A DNA stretch of 64,000 bases from Polaromonas sp. (lineage in GTDB: Bacteria > Pseudomonadota > Gammaproteobacteria > Burkholderiales > Burkholderiaceae_C): positions 407-64,406 of the forward strand of contig NZ_JANOAL010000098.1 of NCBI RefSeq assembly GCF_031411155.1, given 5' to 3'. Shown piece after piece: positions 47,574-55,810 of the stretch (position 1 is its first letter; the number at the start of each line of letters is the position of its first letter). The notes beneath the pieces were generated by a model, which was not told where the DNA came from, searched no databases, and worked only from the letters and a program-made list of their open reading frames with translations. The translations under genes were made by a program, and so were the position numbers.

Positions 47574-48643
47574 TTCAGCCCCAGCACCGGGCCCACCGTG
47601 CTGCTCCATTTTTGCGAGCAACCCGGGTTGGACTTGTCACAGACCTCGGCCCAGACCGGCAGGCTGACCTTGCTGACGGCACCACGTACCAGCTCGCCGT
47701 CAGCCGGCGTTACGGCCACGTTGATGAGCTTGAACTTCTTGCCGGTGGTGCAGGATTCCTTGCCGGCGTTGCAGTTCAGCGCGTCCAGGAACAACTCTTC
47801 CGAGTATTTCCAGATGTCGTCGGTCAGGGTATCGAAGGCGGCCTTGAGTTTGACCTGCTGGTCGGGCTTGAGCTGGTTCCAGGCTTTCATCGAAATCGCA
47901 TAACCATTGAGCGCCATCTGAAAACCGAGCGGCAACTGGTGTGTCGTCACCTCGGGCCAGCCGGCGGAGTTGGCCGAGCTCGGGCCGGTGATGGCGCAAT
48001 CGACCACGCCCAGCGACAGCGACTGGTGGGTGTCGGCAAACGAGACCGGCACCGGCGTGCCGCCCACCATCTCGATGAACTTGGCCAGATTCTGGTCGTA
48101 GACACGGACCTTCAGCCCCTTCACATCGGCCAGCTTGGTAATCGGCTTTGCGCAGAACAGGATCTGCGGGCCGAACGGCCAGACGCCGAGCAGTTTGACG
48201 TTGAACTGCTTTTGCAGGCGCTGGTCGGCGGTATCGAAGTAGGCTTTGGCGACCTTGCGGCCGGTGGCGTAGTCAGGACTGGCGCCGACCAGGTCCAGGC
48301 CGAGGATGGTGGGCTCGTCACGCGAGTTTTGCGAGACGCGCAGCGACACGATGTCGAACAGGCCGGCCTTCATCACGCGCAGCTGCTCGGTGTCCTTGAT
48401 GCCCAGCGTGTCCATGGGCTTGTAGTCGGCATCGATGGGCAGGCCGGTTTTGGCCGCGAAGTTTTCGAAAAACGGTTGTTCCTTGTTTTTCTGGATCAGG
48501 CCGGTAGCCAGCGGCTGGCCGATGATTTTGAACTTGAGTCGGTCCTGCGCGAGAACAGGGCCCGAAAACAAGACGCCAGTGGTGATGGCAGCGGCGGCCA
48601 GCAAGCGTCCCAGCCGTGAACGGGAAAGGGTGGGTTTAGTCAT
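47570..48643 (-). CDS. dctP: TRAP transporter substrate-binding protein (DctP family), system 1
   Basis: Start MTKPTLSRSRLG (AGGAG SD), signal peptide ending LAQD, 357 aa. Confidence 0.75.
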   Translation of the reverse strand: MTKPTLSRSRLGRLLAAAAITTGVLFSGPVLAQDRLKFKIIGQPLATGLIQKNKEQPFFENFAAKTGLPIDADYKPMDTLGIKDTEQLRVMKAGLFDIVSLRVSQNSRDEPTILGLDLVGASPDYATGRKVAKAYFDTADQRLQKQFNVKLLGVWPFGPQILFCAKPITKLADVKGLKVRVYDQNLAKFIEMVGGTPVPVSFADTHQSLSLGVVDCAITGPSSANSAGWPEVTTHQLPLGFQMALNGYAISMKAWNQLKPDQQVKLKAAFDTLTDDIWKYSEELFLDALNCNAGKESCTTGKKFKLINVAVTPADGELVRGAVSKVSLPVWAEVCDKSNPGCSQKWSSTVGPVLGLK

Positions 48644-49193
48644 GGAGATGCTCCTGTGAGGTGGGTTGGTCGGGGGAACGGGAGAAACTGTGAGTAGATT
48701 TGGGCTCGGGATTAACGGGCGGGCCGGGCTCGGTCCAGCGGGACCAGCGCCTGCGCATGGCCTCGCACTCGGCACCCCGCACGCCAGCGGTAATATCGAG
48801 CGACGCACGCGTCATGCCGAGCAGGTTCTCGACCGCGTAGTCGCCATAGTCGGTGCGATGCATGCCCGCGTGCCTGGCGCCCAGCACGAGGCGGGCGATG
48901 CCGGCCTCCTTGAGCGCCCAGCAGCACATCGGGCACGGCTCCATCGCCGAATACAGGGTGCAGCCCTCAAGACGACTGGTACGAAGTTGCGCGCAGGCGT
49001 CGCGAATCGCCTCGGTCTCGGCGTGGGCGGTCGCGTCGTGGCGGGTCGCAACCCGGTTCGAACCGACACCAACGACCTCGCCATCGCACACCACGAGCGC
49101 CGCCACCGGGCAGTCGCCCCGATAGAGCGCCACCTCGCAGTGTTCCAGCACCTGGTCCATGAAATATTGGTCGGTCAATGCGGCTTCGGACAT
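48636..49193 (-). CDS. CMP/dCMP-type zinc deaminase (nucleoside/guanine-deaminase-like)
   Basis: HAE (ATAHAETEAI) and PCPMC zinc motifs. Start at MSEAALTDQY. Embedded between the two TRAP systems. Confidence 0.75.
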   Translation of the reverse strand: MSEAALTDQYFMDQVLEHCEVALYRGDCPVAALVVCDGEVVGVGSNRVATRHDATAHAETEAIRDACAQLRTSRLEGCTLYSAMEPCPMCCWALKEAGIARLVLGARHAGMHRTDYGDYAVENLLGMTRASLDITAGVRGAECEAMRRRWSRWTEPGPPVNPEPKSTHSFSRSPDQPTSQEHLHD

Positions 49194-49209
49194 CTTGGGC
49201 CACCCGGGA

Positions 49210-50490
49210 TCAGTAGCCAAGCGCATGCGGCAGCGCGGTGACGATGGGCGGCACCAGCATGCACAGCACGAGCACCGCATACATCAGCGCGATGAAAGGC
49301 CAGACGTTCGCGACCAGTTCGCGCATGCGCACGCCGGTGACGCCGGAGACGACGAACAGCACCACGCCGACCGGCGGCGTCAGCATGCCGATCACGAGGT
49401 TGAGCACGAACAGGAAGCCGAAGTGCAGCGGGTCGATGCCGTACTGCAGCGCGATCGGATGCAGCAGCGGCACCAGCATGATGTAGGCCGCGTTCGACTC
49501 GAGAAACATGCCGACCACGAACAGCAGCAGCGCGACCAGCGCCATGTAGATCAGCGGATCGGTAGTCAGCGCACGCAGCAGCGTCGACAGCGTTTGCGGC
49601 AGCAAGTCGACCGTCATCAGGTAGGTGATGATGGAGGCAAAGGCGATCAGCGCGCCGACCACGGCCGAGGTGATCGCCGCGCGCACCACCAGCCCCGGCA
49701 GGTCAGCCAGCTTGAGCGTTCGGGTCACGAAGAAGCCGAGCAGCATGGAGTACACGACCGCGATGGCCGAGCCCTCGGTGGCGGTGAAGGCGCCGCCGAC
49801 GATGCCGCCTATCACCAGCACCGGCATGGCCAGCACAATCAGCGAGCGGCGCAGTTCGGCCAGCACCGTGGCAATTCGGAACGGTTCGCCGGTGACGGCC
49901 CAGCCGCGCCGGGTGCAAATCCATGAGCACAGCCCGATGAACCCAAAGGTAATGATCAATCCCGGCACCACGCCGGCCATGAACATGCCGCCCACAGACA
50001 CCGACGAGCCGGCCATGAAGGCATAGACGATCATCGCGCCCGACGGGGGAATGATGGGCCCCAGGTTGGCCGCGGCAGAAACGATGGCGGCGGCAAAGCC
50101 CTTGTCGTAGATCTTGGTCAGCGAGGGCGCAAGAATCGACGACAGTGCGCTCGCGTCCGACACAGCCGCTCCGGAGACCGTGGCCAGGCCGGCGCCCGCC
50201 AGCATCGTGACATGCGCCATGCCGCCGCGCACCCGGCCAACCAGCGTGTTGGCCAGCGCGATCAGCCGCTCCACGATGCCGGCCTTGATCATCAGCTCGC
50301 CCGCGAGCATGAAGAACGGAATCGACATCAGCGGAAACGAATTGACCGAGTGCATCATGCGCTGCGGCACCATGGACAGATCAACCCCGCTCAGCCACAA
50401 GGCGACCAGCGAGGCAACGCCCATCGAAAACGCGATCGGCAGACCCAGCAGGGCCAGCGCCATGAATCCGACAACCACCAGCGCGCTCAT
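49210..50490 (-). CDS. dctM: TRAP transporter large permease (DctM), system 2
   Basis: 426 aa from MSALVVVGF. DctM family. ATGA overlap with dctQ2. Confidence 0.85.
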   Translation of the reverse strand: MSALVVVGFMALALLGLPIAFSMGVASLVALWLSGVDLSMVPQRMMHSVNSFPLMSIPFFMLAGELMIKAGIVERLIALANTLVGRVRGGMAHVTMLAGAGLATVSGAAVSDASALSSILAPSLTKIYDKGFAAAIVSAAANLGPIIPPSGAMIVYAFMAGSSVSVGGMFMAGVVPGLIITFGFIGLCSWICTRRGWAVTGEPFRIATVLAELRRSLIVLAMPVLVIGGIVGGAFTATEGSAIAVVYSMLLGFFVTRTLKLADLPGLVVRAAITSAVVGALIAFASIITYLMTVDLLPQTLSTLLRALTTDPLIYMALVALLLFVVGMFLESNAAYIMLVPLLHPIALQYGIDPLHFGFLFVLNLVIGMLTPPVGVVLFVVSGVTGVRMRELVANVWPFIALMYAVLVLCMLVPPIVTALPHALGY

Positions 50491-51011
50491 TCGGCACCTC
50501 CCGGCTGCGTAGCCGGTGGACCGACGACAACAATGCGAAGCAGGTGCAGGGCGGACAGCAGCGCACCGATACCCACCGGCACAATGAACCAGCCCACGCT
50601 CCAGTCGACAGTGGCCATCAGCTCGTCCCATTGCTCGCGCGCGACACCGAGCGCGGCCCAGGCGATGGCTGCCATCATCAGGGCGCACAGCGCGGCACCA
50701 GAACGCTTGAGCGCGTCGCGCCAGTTTTCGGGCAGCTTGTCGGCCAGAACGTCGATACCGATGTGCGCACCCTGGCGCACACCCAGTGGAATAGCCAGGA
50801 AGATCGACCAGACAAAAGCCAGCCGGCCGATCTCGTCGGCCCAGTCAATTGAACGGTTAAAGCCATAGCGCAGCGCCACCTGCGCCGACACCACGCCCAC
50901 CATCGCGGCCACTGCGGCCAGCAGCGCGCCAGTGACCAGCTGGTCCAGCCCGCGCAGCGCGCGGTCTGGCCACAGCAGCGGGCGCTCGGCGGTCATTGTT
51001 TGTGCATTCAT
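50487..51011 (-). CDS. dctQ: TRAP transporter small permease (DctQ), system 2
   Basis: ATG 51011 has AGGAG 7 nt upstream. 4 TM segments. Confidence 0.75.
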   Translation of the reverse strand: MNAQTMTAERPLLWPDRALRGLDQLVTGALLAAVAAMVGVVSAQVALRYGFNRSIDWADEIGRLAFVWSIFLAIPLGVRQGAHIGIDVLADKLPENWRDALKRSGAALCALMMAAIAWAALGVAREQWDELMATVDWSVGWFIVPVGIGALLSALHLLRIVVVGPPATQPGGAE

Positions 51012-51040
51012 CTCGGGGCTCCTGCTTTGCATGCCGCGAA

Positions 51041-52051
51041 TCAGCGCTTGGCCGCTTCAGCGAGCACCTGGTTCACCAGATCGGCCCCGGCACGCTTCTT
51101 GACGTCCTCGATCACCGGGGCCGTGGCCTTGCGCATCTCCTCGATGGCCCCGGGCGGAATTTCGGTCAGCGTCATCCGGGTCTTCAGGTCGGCCAGGGCC
51201 TTGGCCTCGCTTTCGATGGCGAGCTTGCGCTGGAAGGCGATGGTCGAGGTCATCGCCTCACGCACCGCCTTCTGGTACTCCGGCTTGAGCTGCTCGAAAG
51301 CCTTCTTGCTCGCCACCACGGCGATGAAATCGAAAAAATGGCTGGAGTTGCTCAGCTGCTTTTGCACCTCGCTGTAGCGGCTGGCGCTGATCACCGTGTA
51401 CGGATTTTCCTGGGCATCGACCACCCGCTGCTCGAGCGCCGAATACAGCTCCTTGACGTCCATCGCCACCGGATTGGCACCCAGCGCGCGGAAGGTGGCC
51501 AGATGCGTTTCGTTGGGTTGCAGGCGCAGTTTCAGTCCCTTCAGGTCCGCCATGCTCTTGATCGGACCCCGGCTGTTGGTGATGTGACGCGCGCCGAGCT
51601 CCATCCAGCCAAGGGTGAGAAAGCCCTTGTCCTGCAGCTTTTTGTCGATGGCCGCGCCGACCGGGCCGTCGATGACGCGAAACGCCGTCTCGCGGTTTCT
51701 AAAGACAAAGGGCAGACTGACCGCCTCCAGCTCCGGTGCGATGCGCGACAGGAAAGCTCCGCCAACCCAGGTCAAGGCCAGTGTTCCAGACCGCACTGCG
51801 TCGACATTTTCCTTGGCACCGCCGAGTTGCATGGCCGGAAAAACATCTACCTGCAGCTGGTTGTTGGTCAGGCGCGCGACCTCCTTTTTGAAAACCTGGT
51901 CCACAGCCACGCTGCTCGGGTGCTCGGAAGCGAAATTGCCGGCGATCTGCAGCTTTTGCTGCGCGAAGGCGGGCACCGCGGCTGCAGCGAAGGTCAAAGC
52001 CGCAGCGGCAAGCAGGCGGGAGATCAAGGGAGATATAGAGCGATGGGCCAT
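51041..52051 (-). CDS. dctP: TRAP transporter substrate-binding protein (DctP family), system 2
   Basis: Signal peptide ...PAFA-QQ, DctP family sequence (NRGPIKSMADLKGLKLRLQPNE). Confidence 0.85.
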   Translation of the reverse strand: MAHRSISPLISRLLAAAALTFAAAAVPAFAQQKLQIAGNFASEHPSSVAVDQVFKKEVARLTNNQLQVDVFPAMQLGGAKENVDAVRSGTLALTWVGGAFLSRIAPELEAVSLPFVFRNRETAFRVIDGPVGAAIDKKLQDKGFLTLGWMELGARHITNSRGPIKSMADLKGLKLRLQPNETHLATFRALGANPVAMDVKELYSALEQRVVDAQENPYTVISASRYSEVQKQLSNSSHFFDFIAVVASKKAFEQLKPEYQKAVREAMTSTIAFQRKLAIESEAKALADLKTRMTLTEIPPGAIEEMRKATAPVIEDVKKRAGADLVNQVLAEAAKR

Positions 52052-52104
52052 GGTGGTCTTTCGTAAGGTTGGAAGTTTTGGAATGAAAGTTGGCGGGCAG
52101 AAGT

Positions 52105-52851
52105 TCAGGCGATGCGGTCAAGCAGTCGCGCGATGGCGGGCGGCAAGCCGCGGTTCGGCTTGACCGGCGGCGCTGCGAAACTGCCGCGGCGAGCGGTGCC
52201 TGGTTGCAGCGCGGCCAGCGTCTCGGCATGGCGCACCGCGCTGGAGACGCCATCGACCACCGGCACCGGCAGCTGCCCCTTGAGCGCACGCGCCAGCCCG
52301 GCCAGCGGCGCACCGGCCAGCACGATGACGTCGGCGCCATCTTCATCGACGGCGCGCTCTGCCAGTGCCTTCAGTTGCTGCGCGTGTTCGTCCTGCACCT
52401 GGCCGATGCTGGCCAGCGGCCGGTCCAGCGCGTGTATGCTGGCCAGCCGCGAGCCCAGGCCATAAGACTCGACGACTTCGCGGTACCAGGCCTGGATGCG
52501 CTGCGAGATGGCAATGATGGAGATGCGGTGACCCAGCAAACAGGCGCTGGCCAGCGCCGCTTCGGTAAGGCCGGTCACCGGCACCGGCAAGGCTTCGCGC
52601 AAGCCGGTGAGCCCCGGGTCGCCGAAGGCCGCCACCACCACCGCATCGAAACGTGCATGGTGTTCGGCCGCGAGCTGGGCCGCCGCGTAGGCGCCGATCA
52701 GCGCCTCGAAACGGGTTTCGATGTAGGCCACGCCGAAGGGCGCCGTCAGCACCTCGATCTCGGTGCCGGGCGAAGCACTGCGCAGCGCCTCGCTGCGGAT
52801 CAGCTCGGACACGCTGTCCGAGATATTGGGATTGATGAGCAGCAGCTTCAT
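52105..52851 (-). CDS. Asp/Glu/hydantoin racemase family protein (HyuE-like)
   Basis: MKLLLINPNISDSVSELI N-terminus typical of hydantoin racemases. ATGA overlap with the hydantoinase stop. Confidence 0.75.
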   Translation of the reverse strand: MKLLLINPNISDSVSELIRSEALRSASPGTEIEVLTAPFGVAYIETRFEALIGAYAAAQLAAEHHARFDAVVVAAFGDPGLTGLREALPVPVTGLTEAALASACLLGHRISIIAISQRIQAWYREVVESYGLGSRLASIHALDRPLASIGQVQDEHAQQLKALAERAVDEDGADVIVLAGAPLAGLARALKGQLPVPVVDGVSSAVRHAETLAALQPGTARRGSFAAPPVKPNRGLPPAIARLLDRIA

Positions 52852-54299
52852 GCGGGCCTTCCGGGTTGGCGCGGCAGCAGCGAGGGCGCACCGCTGGGCA
52901 GGAAACGGCCACGGCCGGCGCGGCCGTGGAATTCACGGCCATCCCACACCACCTCGCCACGCGACAGCGTCAGGCCGGGCCAGGCTTTCAAGGTCATGCC
53001 TTCGTAGGGCGTGTGGTCCACGGCATGGTGCAGCTGCGTGTTGCGCAGCACAAACTCGCGCTCATCCCAGATCACCAGGTCGGCATCGGAGCCGATGGCC
53101 AGGCTGCCCTTGCGCGGGTGCAGGCCGTAGGCCTTGGCCGGGTTGGTGGCGGTCAGTTCGACGAACTTTTCGAGCGTGATACGCCCGGCCAGCACCCCTT
53201 CGGAGTACAGCAGCGCCATGCGCGTCTCGATGCCGGCGATGCCGTTCGGGATATGGCGAAACGCAACTTCCTTGCCACCGGGCTTCTTGCCTTCGCTGCC
53301 GTCGAGGTTGAACGGCGCGTGGTCGGACGAGAACACAGTGAACAGGCCGTCGTTGAGGCCGTCCCAGATCACCTCCTGATTCGCCTTGTCGCGCGGCGGC
53401 GGGCTGCAGACGCAGTGCGCGCCCTTATAGCTGTCATCGATGCCAAGGTCCTCGGCGGTCAGGAACAGGTACTGCGGGCAGGTTTCGGCAAACACCTTGA
53501 GGCCCTGGCCGCGCGCCCAGCGGATCTGCTCGACCGCCTCGCGGCCCGACACATGCACGATCAGAATGGGCACGTCGACCAGTTGCGACAGCGCAATCGC
53601 ACGCTGCGTCGCCTCGCGCTCGACCAGCATCGGGCGGCTGTGCGCATGAAAGCGCGGCGCGGTACGGCCGGCGGCCTCCAGCTTCTTGGTCAGCCATTCG
53701 ATGCAATCGGCGTTCTCGGCATGCACCATGGCCATGGCACCGTGGGCGCGTGCCACGTCGAGCACGTCGAGCACGTCGAGCACGTCGAGGATCTGGCCAT
53801 CGTCGAGCTTCAGGTCGTCGTAGGTCATGTAGATCTTGAACGAGCTGTAGCCCTCGGCGATCAGCGCCGGCAGTTCCACATTCAGCACCTGCGGCGTCGG
53901 GTCGCTGACGATCAGGTGGAAGGCGTAGTCGATGTGCGCGCGGCCCTCGGCCCGCTGGTGGTAGTCGGCCACGGCGGCGCGCAGCGACTGGCCCTTTTCC
54001 TGCGCGGCGAACGGAATCACGGTGGTGGTGCCGCCGCAGGCCGCAGCGCGCGTGCCGGTGTCGAAGTTGTCGGCCATGCGCACCGGCGGCGCCATCGGCT
54101 GGTCGAGATGGCAATGCGCGTCGACCCCACCGGGCGTGACCACGCGACCGGCGGCATCAATTTCCCGCTGCCCGCGCTCCAGATTCGCCCCCAGTTGAAC
54201 GATGCGCCCGCCGCTGATACCGATGTCAGCGCTGAAGCTATCGCTGGCGGTCGCTACACGCGCATGGCGGATGACGAGATCCAGTGGTGCCCGGCTCAT
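52848..54299 (-). CDS. Dihydropyrimidinase/D-hydantoinase-type cyclic amidohydrolase
   Basis: HxH metal motif GGVDAHCHL, MVHAEN, amidohydrolase superfamily throughout. AGGAGGG SD before ATG 54299. Confidence 0.85.
   Translation of the reverse strand: MSRAPLDLVIRHARVATASDSFSADIGISGGRIVQLGANLERGQREIDAAGRVVTPGGVDAHCHLDQPMAPPVRMADNFDTGTRAAACGGTTTVIPFAAQEKGQSLRAAVADYHQRAEGRAHIDYAFHLIVSDPTPQVLNVELPALIAEGYSSFKIYMTYDDLKLDDGQILDVLDVLDVLDVARAHGAMAMVHAENADCIEWLTKKLEAAGRTAPRFHAHSRPMLVEREATQRAIALSQLVDVPILIVHVSGREAVEQIRWARGQGLKVFAETCPQYLFLTAEDLGIDDSYKGAHCVCSPPPRDKANQEVIWDGLNDGLFTVFSSDHAPFNLDGSEGKKPGGKEVAFRHIPNGIAGIETRMALLYSEGVLAGRITLEKFVELTATNPAKAYGLHPRKGSLAIGSDADLVIWDEREFVLRNTQLHHAVDHTPYEGMTLKAWPGLTLSRGEVVWDGREFHGRAGRGRFLPSGAPSLLPRQPGRPA
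53754..53789. repeat. In-frame 9-bp tandem repeat x4 inside the hydantoinase gene
   Basis: CACGTCGAG x4, all copies perfect. Encodes (LDV)4 in ...GQILDVLDVLDVLDVARAHG... Confidence 0.95.
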
Positions 54300-54358
54300 G
54301 CGCCCTCCTGCTGCGCACCAGTTCGGGGATTTGTTGTCATTTTTAATGCATACATGCT

Positions 54359-54371
54359 TGTTGACACTTGT
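54359..54371. promoter_or_regulatory. Candidate GntR operator (TGT-N2-ACA core)
   Basis: TGTTGACACTTGT in the AT-rich hydantoinase/GntR divergent region. Related copies at 54507-54531 and 55699-55706. Confidence 0.35.
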
Positions 54372-54506
54372 ATCGAGTTTTTGTTTTGATGCATCGTCGT
54401 TTTCCTATCGGGAACAGCCTTCGTTCAGCAAATTTCGGGCCTGCCATATTCACAAGCTTTCGCTCCGTAGCCATAATGTCTCTCATTCAGATATTGACGA
54501 CAGTAG

Positions 54507-54531
54507 TGTTTACACTAATGTCGACACTTAT
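54507..54531. promoter_or_regulatory. Two tandem 12-bp copies of the same operator-like motif
   Basis: TGTTTACACTAA|TGTCGACACTTA(T). TGTCGACA is a perfect 8-bp palindrome. Confidence 0.35.
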
Positions 54532-54609
54532 GCGATAAAGTTCGGAATAAGCGGAGTGCAGACGCCGCGTGCCCTAGCCCCTTGATCACGCTTTCGTGAG
54601 GAACATGCC

Positions 54610-55521
54610 ATGATTGAACCTGCCGGCCTCGGCGTTTTGACGCCTTCTTCCAGTCCCGCGCTCGAAGCCGCGCTGGGCATGCAAGCTGACCCGGAACCGC
54701 TTGATAGAATGGCCTGCCGCTGCAACTCGGTGACCGGGCACCCGGATGCCGGCCACTGTTCAGGCAAGCCGGCGCCCATTGACCCCTTGCCAAACCTCAC
54801 ACAGTCAGCCATGCCCCGCACCGCGCGAAACTCCCCCCCCGAGGTGCGCCTAGAGCGCGAAACGGCAAACGACGACATTTACGAGCGAATCTACGGCGCC
54901 ATCGTCGAACATCGGCTGCATCCGGGCACCAAGCTCGGGGAAGACCGTCTGGCCAATATCTTTGGCGTCAGCCGGGCGCGGGTGCGCGAAGTGCTGGCGC
55001 GGCTGGCGCACGAGCAGATCGTCAACCTCTACCCGCAACGCGGCGCTTTTGTCGCCAAGCCCTCGCCGGAGCAGGCAATTGATGTGTTTGAGGCGCGTCG
55101 CCTGATCGAGCCCGCCCTGCTGCGGCGCCTGATTCACACACTGACCTCCGAGAAAGTGGCGCGCCTGCGTCAGCACCAGGAGCTCGAACTCGATGCGCGG
55201 CGGCGCGACGACAAGCGCGCGGTGGTCCGTCTCTCCGGCGAGTTCCACCAATTGGTCGGCGTGCTGGCCGGCAACGCCGCACTGGCGCGCAGCATGCGCG
55301 AGTTGTCGACGCTGACCTGCCTGATCATCATTCTGTACGACGCCCCGACGGCCTCCAGTTGCCGCGCCGACGAGCACTCCGAGATCATTGATGCCATCGC
55401 GAAACGCGACACCGCGCGCGCCGAGCGCCTGATGCTGGCGCACCTGGACCACATCGAAAGCAGCCTCAAGCTCGACAGCTCGACCGAAGAGGTCGATCTG
55501 GAAGCTCTATTCGGACTCTGA
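54610..55521 (+). CDS. GntR-family (FadR/FCD subfamily) transcriptional regulator
   Basis: wHTH DRLANIFGVSRARVREVLARLAHEQIV plus an all-helical FCD domain. ATG 54610 has GAGGA 7 nt upstream. The canonical domain begins about 68 aa later, so ATG 54811 is an alternative start. Confidence 0.8.
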   Translation: MIEPAGLGVLTPSSSPALEAALGMQADPEPLDRMACRCNSVTGHPDAGHCSGKPAPIDPLPNLTQSAMPRTARNSPPEVRLERETANDDIYERIYGAIVEHRLHPGTKLGEDRLANIFGVSRARVREVLARLAHEQIVNLYPQRGAFVAKPSPEQAIDVFEARRLIEPALLRRLIHTLTSEKVARLRQHQELELDARRRDDKRAVVRLSGEFHQLVGVLAGNAALARSMRELSTLTCLIIILYDAPTASSCRADEHSEIIDAIAKRDTARAERLMLAHLDHIESSLKLDSSTEEVDLEALFGL

Positions 55522-55698
55522 GCGCCATACAGCCACGCGTTGGCAACCCGGCCAACCGGTCTGCGGCTTGCCCCGCAGCCAACATTTCATCCTGATCAAA
55601 CCAGTCAGCAGCAGCCTGCTCTGCTGCCCCGGCGAATGGGCAGTCGCCACCGCGCGCCAGGCTTCACACCCGCTGGCGACAAACCCGTTACGGGATTA

Positions 55699-55706
55699 TG
55701 TATACA
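55699..55706. promoter_or_regulatory. Candidate GntR operator upstream of the aminotransferase
   Basis: TGTATACA perfect palindrome in the AT-rich region. A related TTGTATGCAA lies at 55777-55786. Confidence 0.3.
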
Positions 55707-55810
55707 AAACTTAAAACAGAAGTGGCCAGTTCCTTCAGCACAAAAGGAAAATACACGTTGATAATTAAATTGTATTTTGTATGCAATTTAAAATCTCTTG
55801 AAAGGAACCC

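Noticed and set aside
53754-53789. Possible CRISPR-like or regulatory repeat
   Set aside because: The units are 9 bp, contiguous with no spacers, and in frame within a coding gene. This is a coding tandem repeat, not a CRISPR array.
52866-54389. 507-aa ORF on the plus strand
   Set aside because: It is antisense to the hydantoinase gene. The true gene has HxH and MVHAEN motifs and a strong SD, and the antisense translation has no family features.
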